Source: Acidimicrobiaceae bacterium
GTDB lineage: Bacteria > Actinomycetota > Acidimicrobiia > Acidimicrobiales > RAAP-2
Reading direction: 5' to 3'
Assembly: GCA_947447225.1 (NCBI GenBank)
Contig: CANFJV010000001.1
Span: forward strand, 1,471-65,470
Length of the DNA: 64,000 nucleotides
Shown here: positions 1-8,781 of the stretch, in pieces
Layout: each line of letters starts with the position of its first letter
Position numbering within the stretch: the stretch's first letter is position 1
Notes under the pieces: generated by a model
The model's input: only the letters and a program-made list of their open reading frames with translations
Told to the model about the DNA's origin: nothing
Databases searched by the model: none
Made by a program: the position numbers and the translations under genes

Positions 1-2412
1 GTTTCGGCAGAAACCATTGTCCGAAATCTCCAACTCGGCATCGACAAAGGTGCGCGCTTTGGTGGCGTCACCAACGTGGGCTATCTGCCTGACATGTTCG
101 GCCATATTGCCCAGATGCCCCAGATCCTCCGTCAAGCAGGGTTTCACGACACGGTGCTGTGGCGAGGAGTACCAAGCGCAATTACCAAAGATGGATTCAC
201 CTGGGTAGCACCTGATGGATCGTCAGTTCGAGCCGAGTACCTGCCCGTTGGTTATGGCAATGGCGCGAATCTGCCAAAGACTGCGTCGGCACTGGTCCAG
301 CGGGCCAACGATCACATGGAAGAAATTGGCAGTTTCGTGCAAGGCACCATGCTGTGGATGAACGGCTCCGATCATTTGATGCCACAAGAACACCTTGGAC
401 GCGTTCTTCGCGAAGCAAACGAACTCCAAGACGACTACGAATTCATCATCATGTCACTTGCTGAATATTTGAGCGACGTGCCAAGAGTTGAGCTTGAGAC
501 CTGGCATGGCGAGATGCGTTCGGGTGCTCGGTCGAATGTGCTCATGGGCGTCACATCGAATCGAGTGGATGTGAAACTCGCAGCAGCGCGGACCGAACAT
601 CTCCTCGAGCGACGTGCAGAACCACTTGCTGCGCTGTTTAAAGAACCAAGCGAATGGCCGAAGGAACTCTTCGATCTTGCCTGGCTTGAGGTCATCCGCA
701 ACAGCGCCCATGACTCCATTTGTGCCTGCAGCGTTGACGAAGTGGTTGATGCTGTCCTCCATCGCTTTCACGAAGCATCAAGCATTGCGCGATCAATCAG
801 TGACCAGACGATCTATAACTTCACCGCTTCACTTCGTGAACCAGGCGACTACGTCATCAACACCTCACAATTTTCTCGTGGCGGTGTGGCGGAACTCTTG
901 GTGACCGGTGATGAGCTCGATGAATCAGCCATGCAGGTCCTTGCAGAGTCAACCCGCTATCCCGCGAACATGGACGTCGATGGAGAGACACTTCGAACCA
1001 TTGTCGGGCTCCTCAATGGACCTCGCATCGCCGATGACGTATGGATTCGTAGTGCGTCAGCGACCGACATTGACGAGAACAACATTGCGCTGCAAATCTC
1101 CATTGGACCAAGCCAAGTCGTTGGCGTGGAACTCGAAGAGTTGCGTCGAGACCTTGCGTCACGCATTGCGGCAAATCCAACACTTCGGGCAAACATTGCC
1201 ATTGATCAGCCTCGAATTCGTCGAGTTGCCACCACCGTTGCCGAAGTTCCCGGCTACAGCTGGGCACCGCTTCAGTCAGTTGCCCCATCGCACCCCGTGT
1301 CCGTTGATGCTTGTGAGGTAGGTGGCGTTCAGTCCTGGTCAATGAGCAATGGACTCGTCAGCCTCATTATCGACCCGAGCAATGGCACGTTCTCACTCAA
1401 TGGGATTGCTGGCTTCAATACGTTGGTTGATGGAGGAGACCTCGGCGACTCGTATAACTACTCGCCTCCGGCAACCGATTCCATCGTCGACCATCCAACT
1501 GCAGTATTGGTGTCGGCAACTGAGCGCGGGCCTATTCGTGGAAGCATCAAAATTTCTGCAACCTATGACCTCCCCACGCACATCGACCCCATGCGTCACC
1601 GACGCACCGGATCAGTGTCAACCACCGTCAACACCACGGTGACCCTTGTTGCCGACTCGCCGAGCGTGTCGGTCGAAGTTTCCTTCGTCAACCCTGCTCG
1701 GGACCATCGATTGCGGATTCACCTTCCGCTGCCTAATCCCGCTTCGGCATCAGTTGCAGAGTGTGCATTCGGCACCGTGACCCGTGGGCTCATCGCTGAA
1801 GGTCGACCCGAGGAACTTGGTCTCCCCACCTTCCCATCTCGTCGTTTCGTCATGGCCGGTGGACTGACGGTTGTCCATGAAGGGCTCAATGAGTACGAAC
1901 TCATCGAGTTGAATGATGAGGGCACAGCAGCCGCATCGCTTGCACTCACCCTCGTTCGTTGTACTGGCATGCTCTCTCGCCTAGGTATGGCCTATCGACC
2001 ATTCCCCGCCGGCCCACTGACGCCGGTAGAGGGTCTTCAGATGGTGGGCTCAACGGTGACGGCTCGCTATGTGCTTGGCCTTGGCCTCGATCCCTACGAA
2101 CTCGCCGATCAGGTTTTTTCCCCACTCGACGTTGTAAAGGCTGAAGGCGGCGGGTCCACCCCACCGTCAGGTACGCAACTTGAAGTCCAAGGAGCGATCG
2201 TTTCCTCCATCCGGAGCGTTGCTGGTCAACTCGAACTTCGACTCTTCAATCCCACTTCGGCGCCGTGTACCGTCGGCCTTGGCACGGCCGAAGGCGTTGA
2301 AATTGATCTTCGAGGCGCCCCAGGTCGAGAATTCTCAAAGACCATCGACCTTGCTCCCCATCGCTTCTCAACGCTGCGACTCACCTCGACTGGCAAGCCC
2401 CATTCACACTGA
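1..2412 (+). CDS. alpha-mannosidase, glycoside hydrolase family 38 (5' end cut by window edge)
   Basis: Frame 1 is open from nt 1, so GTG at 76 is internal. GH38-like N-terminal segment GYLPDMFGH and central NSAHDSICACS. About 800 aa are visible. Confidence 0.8.
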   Translation, partial: VSAETIVRNLQLGIDKGARFGGVTNVGYLPDMFGHIAQMPQILRQAGFHDTVLWRGVPSAITKDGFTWVAPDGSSVRAEYLPVGYGNGANLPKTASALVQRANDHMEEIGSFVQGTMLWMNGSDHLMPQEHLGRVLREANELQDDYEFIIMSLAEYLSDVPRVELETWHGEMRSGARSNVLMGVTSNRVDVKLAAARTEHLLERRAEPLAALFKEPSEWPKELFDLAWLEVIRNSAHDSICACSVDEVVDAVLHRFHEASSIARSISDQTIYNFTASLREPGDYVINTSQFSRGGVAELLVTGDELDESAMQVLAESTRYPANMDVDGETLRTIVGLLNGPRIADDVWIRSASATDIDENNIALQISIGPSQVVGVELEELRRDLASRIAANPTLRANIAIDQPRIRRVATTVAEVPGYSWAPLQSVAPSHPVSVDACEVGGVQSWSMSNGLVSLIIDPSNGTFSLNGIAGFNTLVDGGDLGDSYNYSPPATDSIVDHPTAVLVSATERGPIRGSIKISATYDLPTHIDPMRHRRTGSVSTTVNTTVTLVADSPSVSVEVSFVNPARDHRLRIHLPLPNPASASVAECAFGTVTRGLIAEGRPEELGLPTFPSRRFVMAGGLTVVHEGLNEYELIELNDEGTAAASLALTLVRCTGMLSRLGMAYRPFPAGPLTPVEGLQMVGSTVTARYVLGLGLDPYELADQVFSPLDVVKAEGGGSTPPSGTQLEVQGAIVSSIRSVAGQLELRLFNPTSAPCTVGLGTAEGVEIDLRGAPGREFSKTIDLAPHRFSTLRLTSTGKPHSH

Positions 2413-2443
2413 CCCGACGTGGCAACTGAGCCCAACCGCAGTC

Positions 2444-3001
2444 TTGGTTCCGGTAAAAGCATTTGCCGATGCCAAAGGACGCTTGGCATCCGTGTTGTCT
2501 GAGCAAGAACGCGTTGTGCTCATCAAGAATTTGACCGCCCGAGTGATCGCTGCAGCACAACCATTTGACGTTGCCGTGGTCTGTGATGACGATGAGGTGG
2601 CCGAGTGGTCACGAAACCTCGGGGCTCAGGTGATTTGGACACCGACTCGCGGACTGAATGGTGCCGTCCGTGATGGAGTGGACGCACTTGGCGAGCGTGG
2701 AGTTGAACGAGTGATCATTGCCCACGGCGACCTCGTTGCTCCCGAGGGGCTCGCAGACCTACCGCACGCGGCCGATGTTGTCGTCATCCCTGATGCACGA
2801 CGAGATGGCACCAATGTCTTGATTGTCCCCGCGGCGGTGGCGTTCAACTTTTGCTACGGGCCACAATCATTTACCGCGCATCTTGAAGAAGCAACACGTC
2901 GCGGACTTTCAGTGCACATCATCACCAACAGTGCACTGCAGCACGATGTCGACGAACCAAGCGACCTCGAAGGTCTTGATCTTTCGACACTTTTGAACTG
3001 A
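2444..3001 (+). CDS. cofC: 2-phospho-L-lactate / phosphoenolpyruvate guanylyltransferase (CofC/FbiD, F420 biosynthesis)
   Basis: Family-typical N-terminus VLVPVKAFADAKGRL, then HGDLV and IPDARRDGTN. The ORF-track start at 2180 overlaps the mannosidase by 230 nt. TTG 2444 is the only canonical start after the upstream stop, it has no clear SD, and the start is uncertain. Confidence 0.7.
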   Translation: MVPVKAFADAKGRLASVLSEQERVVLIKNLTARVIAAAQPFDVAVVCDDDEVAEWSRNLGAQVIWTPTRGLNGAVRDGVDALGERGVERVIIAHGDLVAPEGLADLPHAADVVVIPDARRDGTNVLIVPAAVAFNFCYGPQSFTAHLEEATRRGLSVHIITNSALQHDVDEPSDLEGLDLSTLLN

Positions 3002-3065
3002 GCTTGGACGCGACTCGAGGCGGGGACAAGCCCCGCCTCGAGTATGCGTACTGCGTGCAAATGGC

Positions 3066-3284
3066 TTAGCGCTTTGCAGCGGCCTTCTTGGCAACGGCCT
3101 TCTTTGCCGGAGCCTTCTTGGCAACGGCCTTCTTTGCAGGAGCCTTCTTGGCGACTGCCTTCTTTGCCGGGGCCTTCTTCGCTACGGCCTTCTTTGCAGG
3201 GGCCTTCTTCGCTACGGCCTTCTTCGCCGGAGCCTTCTTCGCTGCTGCCTTCTTAGGAGCAGCCTTCTTTGCGGCTGTTGCCAC
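3066..3284 (-). CDS. 72-aa Ala/Lys-repeat basic protein (histone H1 / Hlp C-terminal-tail-like), no globular domain
   Basis: Reads [27 protein letters not shown]([10 protein letters not shown])n..AAAKR. GTG at 3284 lies 7 nt after AAGGAGG (3292-3298, minus strand). The ORF-track start at 3365 adds 27 non-repeat residues and has no SD. Confidence 0.7.
   Translation of the reverse strand: MATAAKKAAPKKAAAKKAPAKKAVAKKAPAKKAVAKKAPAKKAVAKKAPAKKAVAKKAPAKKAVAKKAAAKR
3081..3270. repeat. about 6 tandem copies of a 30-nt unit (15-nt sub-period), coding for the [10 protein letters not shown] repeats
   Basis: The unit gcaacggccttctttgccggagccttcttg recurs at 3091, 3121, 3151, 3181 and 3211 with point differences. 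Flanking copies are degenerate. Confidence 0.9.
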
Positions 3285-3291
3285 TTGCGCA

Positions 3292-3298
3292 CCTCCTT
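3292..3298 (-). promoter_or_regulatory. Shine-Dalgarno AAGGAGG for the Ala/Lys-repeat gene
   Basis: The plus strand reads cctcctt. It sits 7 nt upstream of GTG 3284. Confidence 0.7.
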
Positions 3299-3725
3299 GG
3301 GGTGTCGATGCATCGTGCTGTTGAAGGTGTCCGAGCCATGCGAACTCCATGCCTTCGTACGCCACTCAACAGGTTGTCGGTCGCAACGATGTTCGAGTTC
3401 TTTCGCGTCACCACGAAAGAAGTTGACCTCGTTGTCGTTGCCACCCAGCACGATGTCGATGGAGAGTCACACAGCATCACCGTCAACGGTCGACTGAGTT
3501 CGGTGAAGAACTCGGTCCTCTCGCCGTTGTTGATGTTCACGATGCGTTCCTCATCTCAGCACTGGGCTACTACTAGTTGACTCGCGTCAACGCTCTACGT
3601 CAAGCATTTACGAATTGCATCATCATCATGATCGTCCAGACGACTTCTCCACGCGAAGAAAGATTGTGCGCGAAGTCGCCAGTGCATGTTGTGGCGTGCC
3701 CATTGCGCGTGAACACCGAGACGTG

Positions 3726-5036
3726 ATGAACGCACATTCGCGCGGTGGAGGGATCTACTTAGGACGCGTTGGTCACACGTGGACCTACACCGGCCACGGT
3801 CGATCAGCGCTCGTGCTCGGACCAACACGTTCGGGGAAAACCACCTCGCTCATCATCCCCAATGTTCTTTCACATCCAGGCCCCGTGGTCTCGACGTCAA
3901 CCAAAACTGAACTCGTTGAGGTCACCTCACCTGCACGTGCAGAACTTGGTGATGTCGCTGTCTTTGATCCGACCGGAACAGCTGAAATCCCAAGGAATGT
4001 CTGGAGAATTGGCTGGAATCCCATTACCGGCTGTGACGACTGGGACCGTGCGATGCTGACGGCTGTATCGATGGTTGAAGCCACCTCGGGCGGTCGTGAA
4101 CTCGATCACTGGACCGAACGTGCCGGCGCCCTTCTTGCCACGTTGCTGCATGCCGCAGGACTCGACGAGGTTCCACTTCGACGCGTGGTCGACTGGATTG
4201 ATCGTCGAGATGCACGCGAGGCGCGAGGCATTCTCGAAGACAATGCTGTTGCCTCGCCGAGGGCGCACGCACTTCTTGAGGGAATCTGCGTAACCGAAGA
4301 GCGCGAGCAGTCATCGATTTGGTCAAGCACGTCCGGCGCACTTCGCGCCTACCGAAGTGAAGCAGCATTGACCTCATCTGAAGGAATCCAACTTGATCCA
4401 GACGCGTTCATGAGTGAGAGCAATACGCTGTACTTGTGCGGCGCGAGTCGCCAACAGTCGCTCCTTGCTCCGTTGTTTGTTGGCGTGCTCTCGCAACTTC
4501 GCGACACCGCGTATGACCATCACGCGATGGGACTCGAATCACCAGGTGCACTTTTTGCACTTGATGAGGTGGCCAATATCGCTCCATTTCCTGATCTGCC
4601 AAATCTGATCAGTGAAGGCGGGGGGCAAGGAATCGTGACGTTGGCATGCCTTCAAGACTTAAGCCAAGCGCGCCGACGTTGGGGAGACCAAGCACGAGGA
4701 TTTCTCTCGTTGTTTCCCGTCACGGTGTTATTGCCAGGTATTGCCGATGGCGAGACACTGAAACTCGTCCGCGATCTGTCGGGGGAAGTCCTTCATCCAA
4801 TGCAAACGTTCAGCCAAAGCGGACCATGGTGGAAGCATTCGACCAGCGTTAGCGTGTCGCACACATGGCGACCGCAGTGGACCATTGACCAAGTGGCACA
4901 AGGCACAACCGATACGGCCTTGGTCCTTACCCCGACGAATCAACTCCAAGAAATCTCGTTGACTCCGAGTCACCGCGACCATCCTTGGTCACTTCTCCGC
5001 AGTTCTCGAGATCGAACGTCACTGAGATCAAGGTGA
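3726..5036 (+). CDS. type IV secretion coupling-protein-like ATPase (VirD4/TraG/TraD family), no N-terminal membrane anchor
   Basis: Walker A LGPTRSGKTTSLIIPN, Walker B-like ALFALDEVANI, and ACLQDLSQ. The N-terminus is hydrophilic from every possible start. ATG 3726 was chosen; the ORF is open from 3615. Confidence 0.75.
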   Translation: MNAHSRGGGIYLGRVGHTWTYTGHGRSALVLGPTRSGKTTSLIIPNVLSHPGPVVSTSTKTELVEVTSPARAELGDVAVFDPTGTAEIPRNVWRIGWNPITGCDDWDRAMLTAVSMVEATSGGRELDHWTERAGALLATLLHAAGLDEVPLRRVVDWIDRRDAREARGILEDNAVASPRAHALLEGICVTEEREQSSIWSSTSGALRAYRSEAALTSSEGIQLDPDAFMSESNTLYLCGASRQQSLLAPLFVGVLSQLRDTAYDHHAMGLESPGALFALDEVANIAPFPDLPNLISEGGGQGIVTLACLQDLSQARRRWGDQARGFLSLFPVTVLLPGIADGETLKLVRDLSGEVLHPMQTFSQSGPWWKHSTSVSVSHTWRPQWTIDQVAQGTTDTALVLTPTNQLQEISLTPSHRDHPWSLLRSSRDRTSLRSR

Positions 5037-6172
5037 CGAAGCGGTGCGCTGTATTCACGGTGCCGTGCGGCGGTGAGCCATCGTCTGAGTTCTTCAGCAT
5101 CAAGCGGTCGGTTCCCAAAAACTCGACGTTCACGAGCCGTCGTCAAGACATCGGCCTCTCGAAGTTCTTGTTCAAAACGCGTTGGTGGCCGATCGACAAA
5201 GAGATTGATCGCGGCATCGACGTCTCGAGCCGCTGCACCTCCACTGGCCCAACCCCATGCCTCGACCACTTTGCGTCGAGTGATTCGCCGATCATCGCTC
5301 AACAGCATCTGCGCAAAATGCTGCTCATCAAGGCGACGTTGTGGGGGTCGCTGTTCATGCACTGGTTGAACAAGGTCGTCGCGAGCGAGGCCGACGATGC
5401 GCAGTTGGTGTTCCCATCGCAACAGAAGGTTTCCTCGCGTGGTGGGCTGCTTCTGAGCGTCGTCACCAAATGCGCGTCGGTGCACCGCTCCTCGCTCGAA
5501 GCGAAGTTGCCGCGCCTCGGCCTGACGAGTTGAAAACACTGCTTGGGCGAGCGGGGTGAGTTCGGTTGGCAGGCCAAGTGCGCAAACGCGACCAGACAAG
5601 TGTGCGTCATAGAGCGCACTTGCTGCATCGAGATGTGCTCGAAATCCACGCTGATCAAGCGCCCCGAAGCGGCCGGATTCAGCTCGACCGAGATTTGCAA
5701 TGACGACATGAGAATGCAGGTGCGGATCAAGGCTTCTCGAAACACCATGGGTGAAGCGGACGCCACTGATGGCATCGACTCTCTCGTTTTCGTGATGTCT
5801 TGTTGCCACTGCGTGTTGTTCGAGATAGGCAATCGCCCCATGAAGGGCATCATGGTGGGCGATGACAATCTGCTGCGCGTGCGCATCGTCACCGAGGAGC
5901 GCCATCACACTGATGGGTTTTGGCGCTACTGCGAGAAGTTCAAAGGTGGCAACTTCTCGACGGGCTGAGGCGAGCGTATGGAGAGCGCCTATGGGCTGGC
6001 CAAGTATGAGCCGATGAAATCCCGCTTCGTCGACGATTCCCGACGGGAAATAGGCAAACGATGCGGCGCCAAGCGGAGCTCGCTGAGGTTCACCGAGGTG
6101 AGCGAGCTCAACCCCATCATCACGAAGGTAATAGTCAGGATCAAGCGACTTCGCCGCTCGGAAAAAGAGCAC
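4970..6172 (-). CDS. TrwC/MOBF-type HUH relaxase domain protein (about 400 aa, no helicase domain)
   Basis: N-terminal (M)LFFRAAKSLDPDYYL and histidine triad HGVSRSLDPHLHSHVVIANL. GTG 6172 gives a family-typical N-terminus. The alternative ATG 6253 would overlap the upstream gene by 49 nt. Confidence 0.75.
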   Translation of the reverse strand: MLFFRAAKSLDPDYYLRDDGVELAHLGEPQRAPLGAASFAYFPSGIVDEAGFHRLILGQPIGALHTLASARREVATFELLAVAPKPISVMALLGDDAHAQQIVIAHHDALHGAIAYLEQHAVATRHHENERVDAISGVRFTHGVSRSLDPHLHSHVVIANLGRAESGRFGALDQRGFRAHLDAASALYDAHLSGRVCALGLPTELTPLAQAVFSTRQAEARQLRFERGAVHRRAFGDDAQKQPTTRGNLLLRWEHQLRIVGLARDDLVQPVHEQRPPQRRLDEQHFAQMLLSDDRRITRRKVVEAWGWASGGAAARDVDAAINLFVDRPPTRFEQELREADVLTTARERRVFGNRPLDAEELRRWLTAARHREYSAPLRHLDLSDVRSRELRRSDQGWSR

Positions 6173-6204
6173 CAACGCAGCATGCGTGGCGGCGTTTCCT
6201 GGCG

Positions 6205-8145
6205 CTATGCGTCGTAGTTGGCCAGGATCTTTGCCGCTGCGGTTTTTGACCATCCGACCATGGTGGAAGGCTCAAGCACCGAAACCGCCGGACCTCCCTG
6301 CAGCAGCAAGATCTCAAGCCACGCCGGCGATGCGGCAGCCACTTCAATGAAGAGCACATCATCGTCATCGTGGACTACTCGAGATGGAACCGAATCCGCA
6401 ATCCACCTCGCGCCTGGGCCAACACGAAGGACGACTGCAGGTGCGTCATCTAAGAATTGACCAACTCGTCCGGGGCCACTCACAGGAGGAGGAAGTTCAC
6501 TCAAGCATTCGCCGGCATCTTCCATGTAGGCAATGCGATCAACTCGAAACAGGCGAAGTGCATTCGCCTTCTCACAAAACGCCTCGACGTAGCCACGTCC
6601 ACCATCAACAAAGGCCTGAATGGGGTGAATGGTGCGCTCGGTCATCTCATCTCGACTCGCAACGTAATAGGCAATATCGAGCTTTCGACTCTGTTCAATC
6701 GCCTCACGGAGTGCTTGAAGGTCATCACCGTGTTCCACATCAACCACCAAGACTTCGGAGGTTCCAAGGACCTGGTCAAGTTTGGCTAACGCAGTCGACA
6801 ATGGAGAACTTGGGTCTGCTTCGATCTCGGCGATGAGGTGACCTGCGGCCGATAAGGCAAAGCCTTCTTTGCGATTGAGGCGTCGAGGCAGTGCCATGGC
6901 TTCGGGCAGTGACGCCACGACTCGATCGTCATCAACCAAGATGTCAAGCAGCATGTCTGGGGTGTAGGGCGGCCGACCGCAGCACGCCGCAAGTTCAAGT
7001 TCGGCGACGACTTCCTCTTCACTCAGACCAAAGCGCTCTGCGAGTTCTTCGAGTGAGGCTTCACCTACTTGCGCCAAGAAGGTCATGATGGCGAGAAGGC
7101 GACGAAAACGGACTTCCCCCCTCGTCTTGCCACCTGCGTGCTCGCCACCTGGTGCCCACTCGGCTGGAGGTACTTCGAGCGACAACGCGTCGTCCATGGC
7201 CATGATGGTTTCGGGTTCTTCAACCGCAACAATGGCCTTCAACCATGACACCAGCGAAGCCCGCATTGATGCTGGTGCAAGCAATTCGGCCCGGTCGCGA
7301 AGGCTCAACACCCAATTGCGCGCAAAGACGTCATTGCCGCACATCAGCGACACTTGGAGGCGACCGTCTGGGAGTTCTCCGAGTTGCACCTCTTCGCCGA
7401 GTTCGGCACGAACGCGACCTGCCGCCACCTTGTCGACAGCGACGACCATGGTCGGTTCTTCATCACTTGATGCGGGTTCAACGGCCATATCGGCCAGTTC
7501 TGCCCCACGGTCATAGCCCTCAGGGAGCAGTCCCGACTCAGGTGCGCCGATTATTGGTTCGTCATCGAAACGATCAATCCGAAAAATTCGAGGTGCTTGA
7601 CGTTCAACCGAATACCCAGTCAAGTACCAGCGGCCGTTCGCAGAGCGAAGTGACGCAGGGCACAATTCACGTTGCTTGCCGTCATAGGTAAAGGTCACCA
7701 GTGCGTGCGTGCGACACGCATCAAAGAGTTCACCGAAGTACAGCGGTGGTTCAATGAGCGCAAGTGGCGCAGCGACCGACACGTTCGGCGCACCAAACTT
7801 CGCTAATGCGCCACGGCCAAATCCGGTGACGTCACCAGTACCAGCAATTGCAATCGCAAGTGCACGTTGTTCGCGCTCGGTGAAATCAAGAGATGGCAAG
7901 TAAAACTGCTCTTCGGTGATTCGGTAGCCAGTTTGCGCTTCTCCGCCAATTTCAACGGTTTCAATCTCAATGCCTTCTTCGCGCAGAAGCTTCTTGTCGC
8001 GCTCAAAGGCTCCACGGTAGGCCGTCTTGTTCGGGCTATAGCCAGGCACCTCCGCCACAATCTCGGCGAGCGACAAGGGGCGTTTTGTTCCAAGCAGTAC
8101 CAAAACCAAGTCGGTCAAGCGCTCAAGTTGGTCAGTTTTCGACAT
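6205..8145 (-). CDS. fused PafB-PafC-like transcriptional regulator (two HTH-WYL modules in one 646-aa chain)
   Basis: The first half starts MSKTDQLERLTDLVLVLLGTKRPLSLAEI...FERDKKLLREEGIEIE and contains RWYLTGY. The second half starts RFRRLLAIMTFLAQVGEASLEELAERFGLSEEEV and contains the WYL-like region GYVEAFC...LRLFRVDRI. Confidence 0.7.
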   Translation of the reverse strand: MSKTDQLERLTDLVLVLLGTKRPLSLAEIVAEVPGYSPNKTAYRGAFERDKKLLREEGIEIETVEIGGEAQTGYRITEEQFYLPSLDFTEREQRALAIAIAGTGDVTGFGRGALAKFGAPNVSVAAPLALIEPPLYFGELFDACRTHALVTFTYDGKQRELCPASLRSANGRWYLTGYSVERQAPRIFRIDRFDDEPIIGAPESGLLPEGYDRGAELADMAVEPASSDEEPTMVVAVDKVAAGRVRAELGEEVQLGELPDGRLQVSLMCGNDVFARNWVLSLRDRAELLAPASMRASLVSWLKAIVAVEEPETIMAMDDALSLEVPPAEWAPGGEHAGGKTRGEVRFRRLLAIMTFLAQVGEASLEELAERFGLSEEEVVAELELAACCGRPPYTPDMLLDILVDDDRVVASLPEAMALPRRLNRKEGFALSAAGHLIAEIEADPSSPLSTALAKLDQVLGTSEVLVVDVEHGDDLQALREAIEQSRKLDIAYYVASRDEMTERTIHPIQAFVDGGRGYVEAFCEKANALRLFRVDRIAYMEDAGECLSELPPPVSGPGRVGQFLDDAPAVVLRVGPGARWIADSVPSRVVHDDDDVLFIEVAAASPAWLEILLLQGGPAVSVLEPSTMVGWSKTAAAKILANYDA

Positions 8146-8168
8146 GCAAGGTCTCCGAATTGGCGTAG

Positions 8169-8669
8169 TTAGTTGAGTTCGTCGAGATCAAGGTCGTCGT
8201 CACGGCGCCACGCGCCAGAACGTCCACCTGATTTCTCCCACAGCTGGACTCGCTCGATGGACATCGAACGATCGCCGCTTTTACACATGTCGTAAATGGT
8301 CAGTGCGGCAACAGTGCACGCCGTCATTGCTTCCATCTCCACCCCGGTGCGGTCAACGGTATGGACTTCGACCTCGACTTCAATGTAGGTGTCGGCAAAG
8401 TGAAACTGGACCGTGGTGTTGCCCACCGACACCATCTGACACATTGGCAACAGGTCGGCGGTTCGCTTGGCTGCTTGGATCGCCGCAGTGCGCGCGGTCG
8501 CAAGCACATCACCTTTGGCATTGGCGTTTTGTGCCACTTTGTCGGTCGTCTCTGGCGCCATCATGACCCGACAACGAGCAAGTGCACGTCGAGTGGTGGT
8601 TTCTCGAGGAGACGATGCCGACAGTCCGCCTTGGACAGGGTCGAACTCCAAGTGATGCTGACTTGCCAT
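8169..8669 (-). CDS. moaC: cyclic pyranopterin monophosphate synthase MoaC
   Basis: GDVLATARTAAIQAAKRTADLLPMCQ and VDRTGVEMEAMTACTVAALTIYDMCK. ATG 8669 was chosen; the ORF is open to 8714. Confidence 0.9.
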   Translation of the reverse strand: MASQHHLEFDPVQGGLSASSPRETTTRRALARCRVMMAPETTDKVAQNANAKGDVLATARTAAIQAAKRTADLLPMCQMVSVGNTTVQFHFADTYIEVEVEVHTVDRTGVEMEAMTACTVAALTIYDMCKSGDRSMSIERVQLWEKSGGRSGAWRRDDDLDLDELN

Positions 8670-8781
8670 GGACCTAGTGTACGGCGCGCAACGTGGTATT
8701 GCTCGAGTGCTCAAGCGATAGGATTAGCAGTCGCTCCTTGTGAGTGCCAAGTCAAAGTTCCCGGCCCATGAACGAGGTCTT

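Noticed and set aside
2180-2443. Long N-terminal extension of the cofC ORF
   Set aside because: It lies entirely inside the mannosidase coding region in another frame. The CofC-like sequence only begins at VLVPVKAF.
3081-3270. Regular 30-nt periodicity that could be mistaken for a CRISPR-like array
   Set aside because: There are no unique spacers between the units. The units are contiguous and in frame, and they translate to [10 protein letters not shown] repeats behind a good SD. This is a coding tandem repeat.
3044-3324. Plus-strand repeat ORFs (3044-3256 PSLQ-type, 3088-3324 FFAGAF-type)
   Set aside because: They are alternative frames of the same repeat and have no ribosome-binding site. 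The minus-strand AKKA frame has an SD plus a start codon and a biologically familiar composition.
3615-3725. MHHHHDRPDD N-terminal extension of the coupling-protein-like ORF (natural His-run)
   Set aside because: It is hydrophilic and non-conserved-looking, and it precedes the family-typical start region. I prefer ATG 3726, but the choice remains uncertain.
4985-5968. Plus-strand ORFs 4985-5533 and 5543-5968 inside the relaxase region
   Set aside because: The minus strand carries the TrwC-type motifs (DPDYYL, HxH triad). The plus-strand products have no recognisable features.
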